A DNA stretch of 25,843 nt, from NCBI GenBank assembly GCA_030040755.1, contig JASHTC010000216.1, positions 1 through 25,843 of the forward strand, read 5' to 3'. The translations under genes and the position numbers were made by a program. Below the pieces are notes generated by a model, which worked only from the letters and a program-made list of their open reading frames with translations, was not told the DNA's origin and did not search any database. The DNA comes from Thermoplasmata archaeon (GTDB lineage: Archaea > Thermoplasmatota > Thermoplasmata > Lutacidiplasmatales > UBA184). Shown here one piece after another: positions 16,294-24,959 of this stretch; the first letter of the stretch is position 1; every line of letters starts with the position of its first letter.

Positions 16294-17001
16294 GTGACCG
16301 AGGAGCTCGAACGGGCGAAGGCCGCCGCCGCCGAGCACGTCGTGCAGGCGCTGCGACCGGGTCTGCGGCTCGCCCTCGGGACCGGGTCGACCGCGGCGCA
16401 TGCCGTGCGGCAGGTCGCGGCGCGGTTCCCGGGCGGGCGGTTCGATTGCGTCGCCAGCTCTCGGGCGACGGAGGAGCTGGCGCGAGATCTCGGGCTAGCG
16501 GTTCGGCCGCTCCGCGGGGACGACCGGTTCGACCTCCTCCTGGACGGGGCGGACGAGGTGGCGGACTCCTTCGCGCTCACCAAGGGAGGCGGAGGGGCGC
16601 TCCTGCGGGAGAAGGTCCTCGCCCAGCTCTCCGACGAGCGAGTGATCCTGGTGGACCGCACGAAGCTCGTCCACCGGCTCGGCGAGCGGTCCCCGATCCC
16701 GGTCGAGGTGGTACCGTTCGCCCGCGCCGTGCTGGAGACGGAGTTCCGCCAGCAGGGGTATCGCGTACGGGTACGCGGGGGCCCCGGGGGCAGCCCCTTC
16801 CTCTCCGACAACGGGAACGAGATCCTCGACCTGACCCCCCCCGCCCCGCTGTCCGACCCGGCCGCCACCGACCGCGCCCTGCGGGCCCCGGCCGGGGTCG
16901 TCGAGACCGGGATCTTCGTCGGGTTGGCCGACCGGGTGGTGGTCGGCTACCCGGACGGCCGGGTGGAGGAGCGCCGCCCTCCCCGTGCCCGACGGACCTG
17001 A
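16294..17001 (+). CDS. rpiA: Ribose-5-phosphate isomerase A, 235 aa
   Basis: LGTGSTA, DGADEV, KGGGGALLREK, IPVEV, SDNGNEILD, GVVETGIF. Confidence 0.96.
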   Translation: MTEELERAKAAAAEHVVQALRPGLRLALGTGSTAAHAVRQVAARFPGGRFDCVASSRATEELARDLGLAVRPLRGDDRFDLLLDGADEVADSFALTKGGGGALLREKVLAQLSDERVILVDRTKLVHRLGERSPIPVEVVPFARAVLETEFRQQGYRVRVRGGPGGSPFLSDNGNEILDLTPPAPLSDPAATDRALRAPAGVVETGIFVGLADRVVVGYPDGRVEERRPPRARRT

Positions 17002-17076
17002 GCGAGCCCGACGGCGCCGGCGTTATCTGGTCCCGGGAGTCCGGCCGGTCGCCCGTCGCACGGGGACCGAGGGAGC

Positions 17077-17859
17077 ATGGAGGGCAAGTACATTCGCACT
17101 CGCATCGAGGAGCACGTCGGCTACATCGAGATCGGAAAGCCGAAGGCGAACACCTACGACCTCGAGATGATGCGCGAGCTCTCCGGCGCGATCGACGAGA
17201 TGCGATTCGACGACTCCGCGACCCTCGTCGTGCTCGCGAGCACGGTGCCGGGGTTCTTCAGCGCGGGCGCCGACATCGAGATGCTGAAGGCGAGCGCGCC
17301 GGATTTCAAGGCGATGTTCTGCCTCTACTGCCAGGAAACGCTCGACAAGATCGCGAAGACCCCGAAGGTCGTGATCGCGGCGCTGAGCGGGCACACCGTC
17401 GGCGGCGGGCTCGAGATCGCGCTCGCCTGCGACCTGCGGATGATGGCGGCGGACTCCGGAAAGATCGGCCTGCCCGAGGTCACGCTCGGAGTCCTCCCCG
17501 GGACGGGGGGGACCCAGCGTCTCCCGCGCCTCATCGGGACCTCGCGGGCGCTTGACATGATGATCACGGGCAAGCTCCTGACGCCGGCCGAGGCCCTGGC
17601 GGTGGGACTCGTGAACTACGTCTACCCGAAGGAGTCGTTCGGGCACGACGTCCACGCCTACGCGAGCGCCCTCGCCCGCGGTCCGATCCGGGCGGTGAGC
17701 CTGATCAAGCGCTCGGTCGCCGAGGGCGTCGAGGAGCCGCTCACGAGCGGGCTCGCGCTCGAGCGGGAGCTGCAGAACCGCTTGTTCATCACCGAGGACG
17801 CGAAGGAAGGGCTCGCGTCGTTCGTCGAGAAACGGAAGCCCAACTTTAAGGGTCGGTGA
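17077..17859 (+). CDS. Enoyl-CoA hydratase/isomerase (crotonase family), 260 aa
   Basis: FFSAGADI oxyanion motif, GGGLE and GLPE (both catalytic Glu), [22 protein letters not shown]. Confidence 0.92.
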   Translation: MEGKYIRTRIEEHVGYIEIGKPKANTYDLEMMRELSGAIDEMRFDDSATLVVLASTVPGFFSAGADIEMLKASAPDFKAMFCLYCQETLDKIAKTPKVVIAALSGHTVGGGLEIALACDLRMMAADSGKIGLPEVTLGVLPGTGGTQRLPRLIGTSRALDMMITGKLLTPAEALAVGLVNYVYPKESFGHDVHAYASALARGPIRAVSLIKRSVAEGVEEPLTSGLALERELQNRLFITEDAKEGLASFVEKRKPNFKGR

Positions 17860-18710
17860 GGGATAGTACGACCGGAACGGGACCCATGTCGGCCAACGTG
17901 CCGAAGACCGGTGCCGGCGCGAAGACGCTCCAGGACGGCGGGACCCGCCAGCCGGTCCGGGAGATCCTCTGGGGCGCCCAGGCCGGGGCGCACAAGTACG
18001 AGACCGCGGAGGAGCTCCCGGAGGACATGCGCAAGCTCGTGGTCAAGCTCATGGTGGTCCAGGCGGACACCGAGTTCGCCTCCATCCAGCAGCACCGTCC
18101 CTGGCTCGACCAGGCCCCGACGCTCGAGGACCGATGGATCGAGTGCCGGATCGTCGCGGACGAGTCCCGGCACGGCCTGCAGGCCTGTCGGATCCTCCGG
18201 GACTTCGGGGAGGAGGGGCAGCGGTACATCGACGAGCTGCTCGCCAAGCGCGAGGGCCAGCACAAGCTCGACGCCTTCAACATGCCGTTCCTGAAGTGGG
18301 GGGACGTCGGCGCGTTCACCTGCTTCGTCGACCGGGTCGGGGTCTACCAGCTCCGGGCCTTCCAGGAGTGCTCCTACGGACCGCTCGCCCGCGCGATGCC
18401 GCTCATGCTCTCCGAGGAGCAGCTCCACCTCAACTTCGGGGCGAGCGTGCTCCGCCGGATGGTCCAGGACGGGCCCAGGTACTACGGGTCCCAGGAGGAG
18501 GCGCAGGCTGCGGTCACCAAGTGGTACCCCCGGGCCCTCGACATGTTCGGCCACTCGAACTCGGACACGAGCCGCCGGGCCATCGAGTACGGCCTGAAGC
18601 GCTGGACCAACGAGGAGGCGCGCGACCGGTACATCCACGAGGTGACCGGGCTCACCCGCGCGATCGGGCTGGAGCTTCCCCCGCCCGAGTTCGACCGGCA
18701 CGTCCTGTAG
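17856..18710 (+). CDS. Ferritin-like di-iron aryl-CoA epoxidase subunit (BoxB/PaaA-like), 284 aa; alternative start ATG 17886
   Basis: Six ligand positions in order: QADTE, DESRH, FVDR, EEQLH; also WYPRALDMFG. GTGA start/stop overlap with the hydratase. Confidence 0.85.
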   Translation: MRDSTTGTGPMSANVPKTGAGAKTLQDGGTRQPVREILWGAQAGAHKYETAEELPEDMRKLVVKLMVVQADTEFASIQQHRPWLDQAPTLEDRWIECRIVADESRHGLQACRILRDFGEEGQRYIDELLAKREGQHKLDAFNMPFLKWGDVGAFTCFVDRVGVYQLRAFQECSYGPLARAMPLMLSEEQLHLNFGASVLRRMVQDGPRYYGSQEEAQAAVTKWYPRALDMFGHSNSDTSRRAIEYGLKRWTNEEARDRYIHEVTGLTRAIGLELPPPEFDRHVL

Positions 18711-18744
18711 AACGGGCCGGCTCGGGGGCCGGGTCGGCCGACCC

Positions 18745-19770
18745 TCAGACGTTCGGCCCGAGCGGCCGGGCGGCCGGACCGGGGCGGAGGAGCGTCAGGG
18801 ACTCCACGCCGGGCACCCGCGCCAGCCGGGCCCGTAACCGGCCGGCCTCCCGACGGAGCGTGAAGACGTGCACGTGCGCCCCCGCGTCGTGCGTGTAGGC
18901 CGCCCGGGGGCGTCCCCGTTCGCGGTTGAACGCGCGCACCTCGGTGAGGACCGCTCGGGAGGTCACCGTGAGGTAGTCGAGGCTCGGGCGGGTCGTCTCG
19001 CAGACCGACCGGAAGCTGTCGCACTCCTCCATGACCCGCGGGAAGAGCCGGTCGGGGTCGCGCCGGGCGATCGCCGAGCGGATCGCGGCGAGCCGCCGGG
19101 GGAGCTCGGAGAGGCGCCGGGCGTACTCGGGGCTCGTGGCCACGGTCCACTGCATCGCCTCCTGGGAGCGGACCTCCTTGACGGGCGCGCCGCGGACCAG
19201 CACGACCAGGTCGACCAGCTCGGGCCAGTGCCCCGGCCCATAGAGCGGCCGCGCGTAGCAGTCCGCGCCGTCCGCCCGCGTCCCGGCCCGCCACTCGACG
19301 AACCCGCCGAAGACCGACCGCGAGGCGCTCCCCGAGCCGAACCGGGCCAGCTGAGAGAGCGCGCGCGGGGAGAGCCTCAGGCCCGCGGCGCGGCTCGCCG
19401 CCCCGGCGAGCGCCGCGAACCCGCTGGCGCTGGAGGCCATCCCGCTCGCGGTCGGGAAGTTGTTGTCGCTGACGACCTCGGCGGCGGACCGCTCGCCGGA
19501 GGCCTCGCGCACCCGGTCGAGGAACCGGACCACGCCGTCGCGCGGGCCCCCGCTCGCCTCCTGGCCGTTGAGCACGACCCGGTCGGACCCGAGCTTCGGG
19601 TCGAAGCGGACGCGGGTTCGGGTACGGAGGCGGTCGAGCGTGACCGACAGGGACGAATTGTAGGGAAGGGCCCGGGTCCGGTCGCGAACGCCCCAGTACT
19701 TCACGAGGGCGATGTTGGGCCGGGCCTCGAACGTGGCGGAGCGGCTTCCCCGGCCCTCGGGGCCTCGCAC
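18745..19770 (-). CDS. mvaD: Diphosphomevalonate decarboxylase-like GHMP enzyme, 341 aa
   Basis: NIALVKYWG, NSSLSVTL, NNFPTASGMASSASGFAAL, GSGSASRSVFGG, AYTHDAG. Substrate (mono- or diphosphate) is uncertain. Confidence 0.88.
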   Translation of the reverse strand: MRGPEGRGSRSATFEARPNIALVKYWGVRDRTRALPYNSSLSVTLDRLRTRTRVRFDPKLGSDRVVLNGQEASGGPRDGVVRFLDRVREASGERSAAEVVSDNNFPTASGMASSASGFAALAGAASRAAGLRLSPRALSQLARFGSGSASRSVFGGFVEWRAGTRADGADCYARPLYGPGHWPELVDLVVLVRGAPVKEVRSQEAMQWTVATSPEYARRLSELPRRLAAIRSAIARRDPDRLFPRVMEECDSFRSVCETTRPSLDYLTVTSRAVLTEVRAFNRERGRPRAAYTHDAGAHVHVFTLRREAGRLRARLARVPGVESLTLLRPGPAARPLGPNV

Positions 19771-19792
19771 GGCCGTACCCGACCGTGCACAG

Positions 19793-19799
19793 TACTTAT
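19793..19799. promoter_or_regulatory. TATA element between divergent mvaD and PaaI-thioesterase genes
   Basis: TACTTAT / ATAAGTA, 23-25 nt from GTG 19770 (minus) and GTG 19824 (plus). Confidence 0.55.
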
Positions 19800-19823
19800 C
19801 CGCGACGGTTTCTCGGGGACGCC

Positions 19824-20336
19824 GTGCCCCGTCGAGCGTCGCCGCCCGAACCGCGGCCGATCGGCCCTCCGTCCAACCTCCGCCTCGCGGCGCGTCTGGG
19901 GGGGTTCCACCACGAGATCGGCTTCCGGCTCGACCCGGAGGCGAGCCGCCGCGGCCTGGTCACGGTCACGGGCAAGGTGGAGCGACGTCACCTCAACATC
20001 AATGGGGTCGTGCACGGCGGGGTGTATGCGACCATCCTCGACACCGCGATGGGCGCCTCGGTCGTCTCCCTCCTGGCGGAGGGGGAGACCACAGCCACGA
20101 CCTCCCTGTACGTCGAGTTCCTGCGGGCCGCGCGCGAAGGGGCGCTGCTGACCGCCCAGGGCGAGGTGCTGCGCCGGGGGCGCCATATCGCCTTCGCGGA
20201 GGGCAACCTGTACGACGTCGACGGTCGCCGTCTGAGCCAGGCCCGCGGCACCTGGTACATCTGGTCGCCCGAGGAGGCCACGCCGCCGCGCCGGCGCGGG
20301 CCCGGTGGCGGCTCCGCGGAGCGCCGGGGGGCCTAG
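19824..20336 (+). CDS. PaaI-family hotdog-fold thioesterase
   Basis: NINGVVHGGVYATILDTAMG, TTSLYVEFLRAA, AQGEVLRRGRHIAFAEG. Start placed at in-frame GTG 19824, downstream of the TATA box. Confidence 0.88.
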   Translation: MPRRASPPEPRPIGPPSNLRLAARLGGFHHEIGFRLDPEASRRGLVTVTGKVERRHLNINGVVHGGVYATILDTAMGASVVSLLAEGETTATTSLYVEFLRAAREGALLTAQGEVLRRGRHIAFAEGNLYDVDGRRLSQARGTWYIWSPEEATPPRRRGPGGGSAERRGA

Positions 20337-20356
20337 CCTCCGGCTCGGGGCCCGGC

Positions 20357-22795
20357 TCAGCTCGACGTGAACGAGCCGGCGCGGCCGCGGATGCGCTCGG
20401 CGACCTCGAGGCGTTCCAGTCCTTTCGCCAGGCCCCGGGTTCCCTCGGGGAAGGGGTGGGTGCGGTAGAACGCCCGCACCTCCTCGGACCGGCCCAGCCC
20501 GAGGTAGATCGTCGTGCGTTCCAGGAGGGTCGACAGCGACGTGGACCCGCTGAACCGTTCGGCCAGCTGGTCGAGATGCCGCGTGAGCCACGGCCAGACC
20601 CGGTCCCGCCCCGCGGGGTTGAGGACGGCCTGGGTGACGACGTGGACGGCATGCCCGGTCACGATCCCCCCGGAGAGGGTCAGGTCGAGGGTGGCTTCGA
20701 GCAGGTCCGGCTCCGGGGTCCAGGCGAGCGCCCGGTTGAGGAGGAACGTCTCGGCCTCGGTGGTCGCCCGCTCCTGGGCGCGCTTGAGCTCGTTCCACCC
20801 CGCCCGGCCCTCCGACCGCGCCCGGGCGACCGCCACCGCGGCCCGGAGGTCGGGGTCGAGGCGCGACCACTCCGGGAACATCTCGGAGAGGTCGCGGGCG
20901 AACGCCTCGTCGGCGCGGACGCGGTACCCCGCGACCCGCTCGCGCAGGATGCCGGTCGCCGGCCGCTCGTCCGGACGATGGTGGAGGCCCACCGACTCCG
21001 TCCGCTCCGCCAGGTAGCGGCGGGTCGCGTCGTGGACCGCCCCTGTCGTGGGCAGGATCCGCCCGAGGGTCGCCAGGGTGCCCGCCAGCGAGGTGATGAC
21101 CAGGAGGTCGTCGCACCCGCCCACCTGGCGGATGAACCGGGCGAACGTCGGCCAGTCGGAGTCGCCCGCGAAGAGGAACGAGCCGAGGTCGTCCGCGACT
21201 TTCCAGCGGTCCGTGTATCCGAGGGAGGGGAGCGCCCGGAAGAGCCGTTCGAGGAGCTCGGGGTCGTACTGGACGCGGTAGAATCCGACCGCGCCGGGGT
21301 TGAGGTGGACGAGCCCCTCCGCGGGCACCGTCAATTCGGTCGTCCGGTCCGAGAAGACGAGCCGGCGCCGCTCCGTCCCGAGGTCCAGGATGAGCGGGAT
21401 CGGCCAGGGAGGCTCCTCGCCCCGCACCGGGAGCAGCGAAAAGCGTCGCTGCGCGAGGCGTAGAGTGGTGCCCTCCCGTCGGGCGCGGATGACCGGGTGA
21501 CCGGGCCGGTCGATCCAGGGGGTCGCCATCGCGGCGATCGGTTCGTTCCCCGCGCGCCCGAGCGACTCCCAGAGGTCCTCGGTGCGGGCATTCCCGTACC
21601 GGAACCGCTCGAGGTAGTCGATGACCCCGGCCCGGAAGCGGTCCGCGCCCAGGTAGGATTCGAGCATCGCGAGGACGGAGCACCCCTTGCCGTAGCTGAT
21701 CTCGTCGAAGATCTGGCTGATCTCCTCCGGCCGCTCCACGTGGGCCCGCACGGGATGGGTGCAGGCGAGCGAGTCCGCGTCGATCGCCGCGGCGGTGCCG
21801 GCGACCCGCAGGTAGTAGTCCGTGATGGCGTCCATCCCCGGCTCGAGACGCTGGGTGAGTCGGGTCTCCATCAGGGAGGCGAAGCTCTCGTTGAGCCAGA
21901 CATCGTCCCACGTGGCCATCGTGACGAGGTTGCCGAACCACTGGTGCGCGATCTCGTGGCCCATCGTCTCGAAGACGTCCTGGCGGGTGGAGGAGTCCGC
22001 GGACGCGTCGACCAAGAGACGCATGTCCCGGAAGCAGATCGCGCCCCAGTTCTCCATCGCCCCGAACGCCTGGTCGGCGACCGCCACGAGGTCGAGCTTC
22101 GGGAGCGGGTAGGGGATGCGGAAGTACTCCTCGTAGGCCTCCAGGATGCGTCGCCCGGCGTGGACGGCGAACTCCCCCGCGGCGGCCCGACCCGGGGGGC
22201 CGAGCACCCGGACCGCGACGCGTCCTCCGAGGTCCTCGGCCCGGTCGAAGCGTCCGATCCCGAGGTAGAACAGGTAGGTGGACATGGGGGGCGTCGGCCG
22301 GAACGCCCACACCCGGTCCCCGTCCACGTCGCGCACGACCTCGGGGGAGGTGTTCGAGATGACCTCCAGGTCGGCGCGGGTGCGGACGGTGAGCCGGAGC
22401 CGCGCCCTGCGGTACGGTTCGTCCTGGCACGGGAAGATGCGTCGGGCGCCCACCGGCTCGCACTGGCTGGTGAGCACGAAGCCGTCCGCGTGCCGGCATC
22501 GGTACAGCCCGATCAGGTTCCCTTCCTTCACGGCCCCCGAGAAGTCGACCGACACCGGGGCGTGACCCTCCGGTTCGCCCAGCACGAGGCGGCCCGCGGA
22601 ACGACGGTACTCGAACGGGAGCGGGGTCGTCCCCTGTCGGACGCCCTCGACCTCGAGTCCCTCGGCGTTGAGCTCGAGCGCCTGCGGCGGCGCCGGGGCG
22701 TCGAACTCGACGCGGCCGCGCCAGCGTCCGCCGTCGAAGTCGACCTCCAGGCTCAGCCGGTACTCCGCAATCTGGGGGCGTGGAGAAAAGCTCAA
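20357..22795 (-). CDS. M1-family zinc aminopeptidase (tricorn-interacting factor F2/F3-like), about 812 aa
   Basis: GAMENWG, HEIAH-X18-E (WLNESFA), SYGKG, ERAP1-like C-terminal helical region; TTG start uncertain. Confidence 0.93.
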   Translation of the reverse strand: MSFSPRPQIAEYRLSLEVDFDGGRWRGRVEFDAPAPPQALELNAEGLEVEGVRQGTTPLPFEYRRSAGRLVLGEPEGHAPVSVDFSGAVKEGNLIGLYRCRHADGFVLTSQCEPVGARRIFPCQDEPYRRARLRLTVRTRADLEVISNTSPEVVRDVDGDRVWAFRPTPPMSTYLFYLGIGRFDRAEDLGGRVAVRVLGPPGRAAAGEFAVHAGRRILEAYEEYFRIPYPLPKLDLVAVADQAFGAMENWGAICFRDMRLLVDASADSSTRQDVFETMGHEIAHQWFGNLVTMATWDDVWLNESFASLMETRLTQRLEPGMDAITDYYLRVAGTAAAIDADSLACTHPVRAHVERPEEISQIFDEISYGKGCSVLAMLESYLGADRFRAGVIDYLERFRYGNARTEDLWESLGRAGNEPIAAMATPWIDRPGHPVIRARREGTTLRLAQRRFSLLPVRGEEPPWPIPLILDLGTERRRLVFSDRTTELTVPAEGLVHLNPGAVGFYRVQYDPELLERLFRALPSLGYTDRWKVADDLGSFLFAGDSDWPTFARFIRQVGGCDDLLVITSLAGTLATLGRILPTTGAVHDATRRYLAERTESVGLHHRPDERPATGILRERVAGYRVRADEAFARDLSEMFPEWSRLDPDLRAAVAVARARSEGRAGWNELKRAQERATTEAETFLLNRALAWTPEPDLLEATLDLTLSGGIVTGHAVHVVTQAVLNPAGRDRVWPWLTRHLDQLAERFSGSTSLSTLLERTTIYLGLGRSEEVRAFYRTHPFPEGTRGLAKGLERLEVAERIRGRAGSFTSS

Positions 22796-22890
22796 CCGAT
22801 CGCCTGCACTCGGTCGGGCCAGTCGGGTCCCTATCTTGAAGGTATACCGGCGCTCCCGCTCCGCGGGCCCCGCGAAGCCGGAAGTCCAAC

Positions 22891-22898
22891 GTTAAATA
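22891..22898 (+). promoter_or_regulatory. 5S rRNA promoter TATA box
   Basis: GTTAAATA about 22 nt upstream of the 5S helix I. Confidence 0.7.
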
Positions 22899-22919
22899 CC
22901 GACTCTCTGTCGGCACGCT

Positions 22920-23043
22920 GGCTGACGGCCAAAGCGGTGGGGAAACACCCGGTCCCATTCCGAACCCGGCAGTTAAGCCCACTGGCGTTCCGCACGGTAC
23001 TGAAGTGCGCGAGCCTACGGGAAACGCGGAAAGCTGTCAGCCT
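22920..23043 (+). rRNA. rrf: 5S rRNA, not linked to 16S/23S
   Basis: Helix I GGCTGACGGC/GCTGTCAGCC; conserved CCCATTCCGAAC, AGTTAAGCCC, GTACT and GGGAAAC elements; ends approximate. Confidence 0.93.
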
Positions 23044-23104
23044 CCCGGGACCGGGCAATCCCCCGAGCCGATAGGTTAATCGCGGCGCGCGGGTGGCGCG
23101 GTCT

Positions 23105-24082
23105 GTGCGGCTCGGGGCGCACATCGGCACCGCCGACGGCCTGGTCGAGGCGGTCCGTCAGGGTCGCGCGATCGGGTGCGCGTCGATCCAGATCTTCTCG
23201 AAGAGCCCCCAGATGTGGGCGGGGCCCCCGATCCAGCCCGACGCGGCGACGGCGTTTCGGGAGGCGGTGCGGGTCGAGCCCCGTCTCGCCACCGCCGTGC
23301 ATCACGGCTACCTGATCAATCTCGGCTCCCCGAAGGCGTTCATGCTCCGCCGCTCGCGCACCGCCTTCCGCGACGAGATCGGGCGGGCCGAGCTCCTCGG
23401 CGTCGAGGGCCTGATCTTCCACCCGGGTGCCCACCTCGGGTCGGGTGCCGCGACCGGGCTGCGCGTCATCGCGGAGAGCCTCCGCGGCGCCCTCGAGGCG
23501 TATCCCGAGGGGCAGGTTCGGCTCCTGCTCGAGAACGCGGCGGGCCAGGGGACCGCCCTCTGCTCGACCCTCGAGGAGCTCCAGACGGTCCTGGGCGAGG
23601 TCGACCGTCCCGACCGGCTCGGCGTCACGCTCGACACCTGTCACCTGTTCGCCGCGGGGGTCGACCTCCGCACGGAGGGGGGGTACGGTACCCTCTGCGA
23701 CCGGATCGACGGCACGATCGGGCGCTCCTCCGTGCGTGCCTTCCACCTGAACGACGCGAAGGCGGAGCTCGGCTCCCACCTCGACCGCCACGAGAACATC
23801 GGCAAGGGCCAGATCGGGCTGGCCGGGTTCTATTCCCTCGTCCGGGACCCCCGTTGGACGACGACCCCCGGCTTTCTCGAGACACCGCTCGACGACCGGG
23901 GGTACGCCCGGTACGCCGAGGACCTGGTGGCGCTGCGTTCGCTCCTCACCGGCGAGCGGCCGGCGCCTTCGCTCCCGCCCGCGGCCCCGGCGCCCACGAC
24001 GCCCTCCTCCCGCCCGTCGCGCAAGCGACGCGCCGCCCCCCGAGGCGCTCCCCCGTCGCCCGCGGTCCGAACGCTCAAATAG
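23105..24082 (+). CDS. nfo: Endonuclease IV (AP endonuclease 2)
   Basis: LGAH, HHGYLINL, FHPG, LENAAGQG, LDTCH, FHLND, DRHENIG, LETP (zinc ligand set). Start placed at GTG 23105, about 25 nt after TTAAT (23076-23080); the ORF track uses 23093. Confidence 0.93.
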   Translation: MRLGAHIGTADGLVEAVRQGRAIGCASIQIFSKSPQMWAGPPIQPDAATAFREAVRVEPRLATAVHHGYLINLGSPKAFMLRRSRTAFRDEIGRAELLGVEGLIFHPGAHLGSGAATGLRVIAESLRGALEAYPEGQVRLLLENAAGQGTALCSTLEELQTVLGEVDRPDRLGVTLDTCHLFAAGVDLRTEGGYGTLCDRIDGTIGRSSVRAFHLNDAKAELGSHLDRHENIGKGQIGLAGFYSLVRDPRWTTTPGFLETPLDDRGYARYAEDLVALRSLLTGERPAPSLPPAAPAPTTPSSRPSRKRRAAPRGAPPSPAVRTLK

Positions 24083-24107
24083 ACTGGCCCTGCTCGGCGC
24101 GCGGCGC

Positions 24108-24959
24108 ATGGCGGACGAGGTGTCGGCCGAGACGTTCCGGTCGCTCGAGGCGAGGGCGCTCGAGATGCGGCGCGACATCCTGCGGATGACCCACGCCGCG
24201 GGGAGCGGCCATCCGGGCGGGAGCCTCTCGGTCTGCGACCTGGTGAACGCCCTCGTCTCCCAGGAGCTCCGGATCGACCCGGCGCGCCCCGACTGGCCGG
24301 AGCGGGACCGGCTGGTGCTGTCGAAGGCTCACGCGGCGCCGGCGCTCTATTCGGCCCTCGCCCTCCGGGGATTCTTTCCCCGGGACGAGCTCCTGACGCT
24401 GCGCCAGCTCGGGAGCCGGCTCCAGGGCTTCGCCGACCGGAACAAGCTTCCGTACGTCGAGGCGACCAGCGGTTGCCCCGGCCAAGGGATCGGCATGGCG
24501 GTCGGGATGGCGCTCGCCGCGCGCCTCGGACCCCACCCTTTCCGGACCTACGCGATCCTCGGGGACGGCGAGTGCCAGGCGGGCCCGACGTGGGAGGCCC
24601 TGATGGCCGGCGGGCACTACCGGCTCGCCCACCTGGTAGTGATCCTAGACCGGAACCTCTACGAGACCGACGGTCCGACCGAGTCGATCCTGGGGGTCGA
24701 GCCGATCGCCGACAAGTTCCGGGCGTTCCGCTACCACGCGCTCGAGATCGACGGACACGACTACCGCCAGATCCTCGCCGCGTTCGCCGAGGCCCGTCGG
24801 ACCGCCGACCGCCCCACCGCCATCATCGCGCGCACGGTCAAGGGCAAGGGGGTCTCGTTCATGGAAGGGAGCCCCGCCTACCACGCCCAGCCGCCGACCA
24901 CCGCCGAGCTCGAGCGCGCGCTCGCGGAGCTCGGCGCTCCGCCGGGAGTCGCCCGATGA
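24108..24959 (+). CDS. Transketolase-like N-terminal (ThDP-binding) subunit with active-site substitutions, 283 aa
   Basis: SGHPGGSLS, RDRLVLSKAH, GDG-X-N motif (GDGECQAG...DRN), TVKGKGVSFME. Several normally invariant residues differ (see findings). Confidence 0.9.
   Translation: MADEVSAETFRSLEARALEMRRDILRMTHAAGSGHPGGSLSVCDLVNALVSQELRIDPARPDWPERDRLVLSKAHAAPALYSALALRGFFPRDELLTLRQLGSRLQGFADRNKLPYVEATSGCPGQGIGMAVGMALAARLGPHPFRTYAILGDGECQAGPTWEALMAGGHYRLAHLVVILDRNLYETDGPTESILGVEPIADKFRAFRYHALEIDGHDYRQILAAFAEARRTADRPTAIIARTVKGKGVSFMEGSPAYHAQPPTTAELERALAELGAPPGVAR

Noticed and set aside
22899-22913. CCGAC-N5-GTCGG inverted repeat between the 5S TATA box and the 5S start
   Set aside because: Five-base arms are expected by chance at this GC content.
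208-24082. Pro/Ala/Arg-rich terminal tails on eS1, vWA, methyltransferase, ATPase2, PaaI and Nfo, and short convergent overlaps (4823-4878, 14830-14840)
   Set aside because: No shared motif; best explained by scarce stop codons and low-complexity drift in GC-rich DNA.
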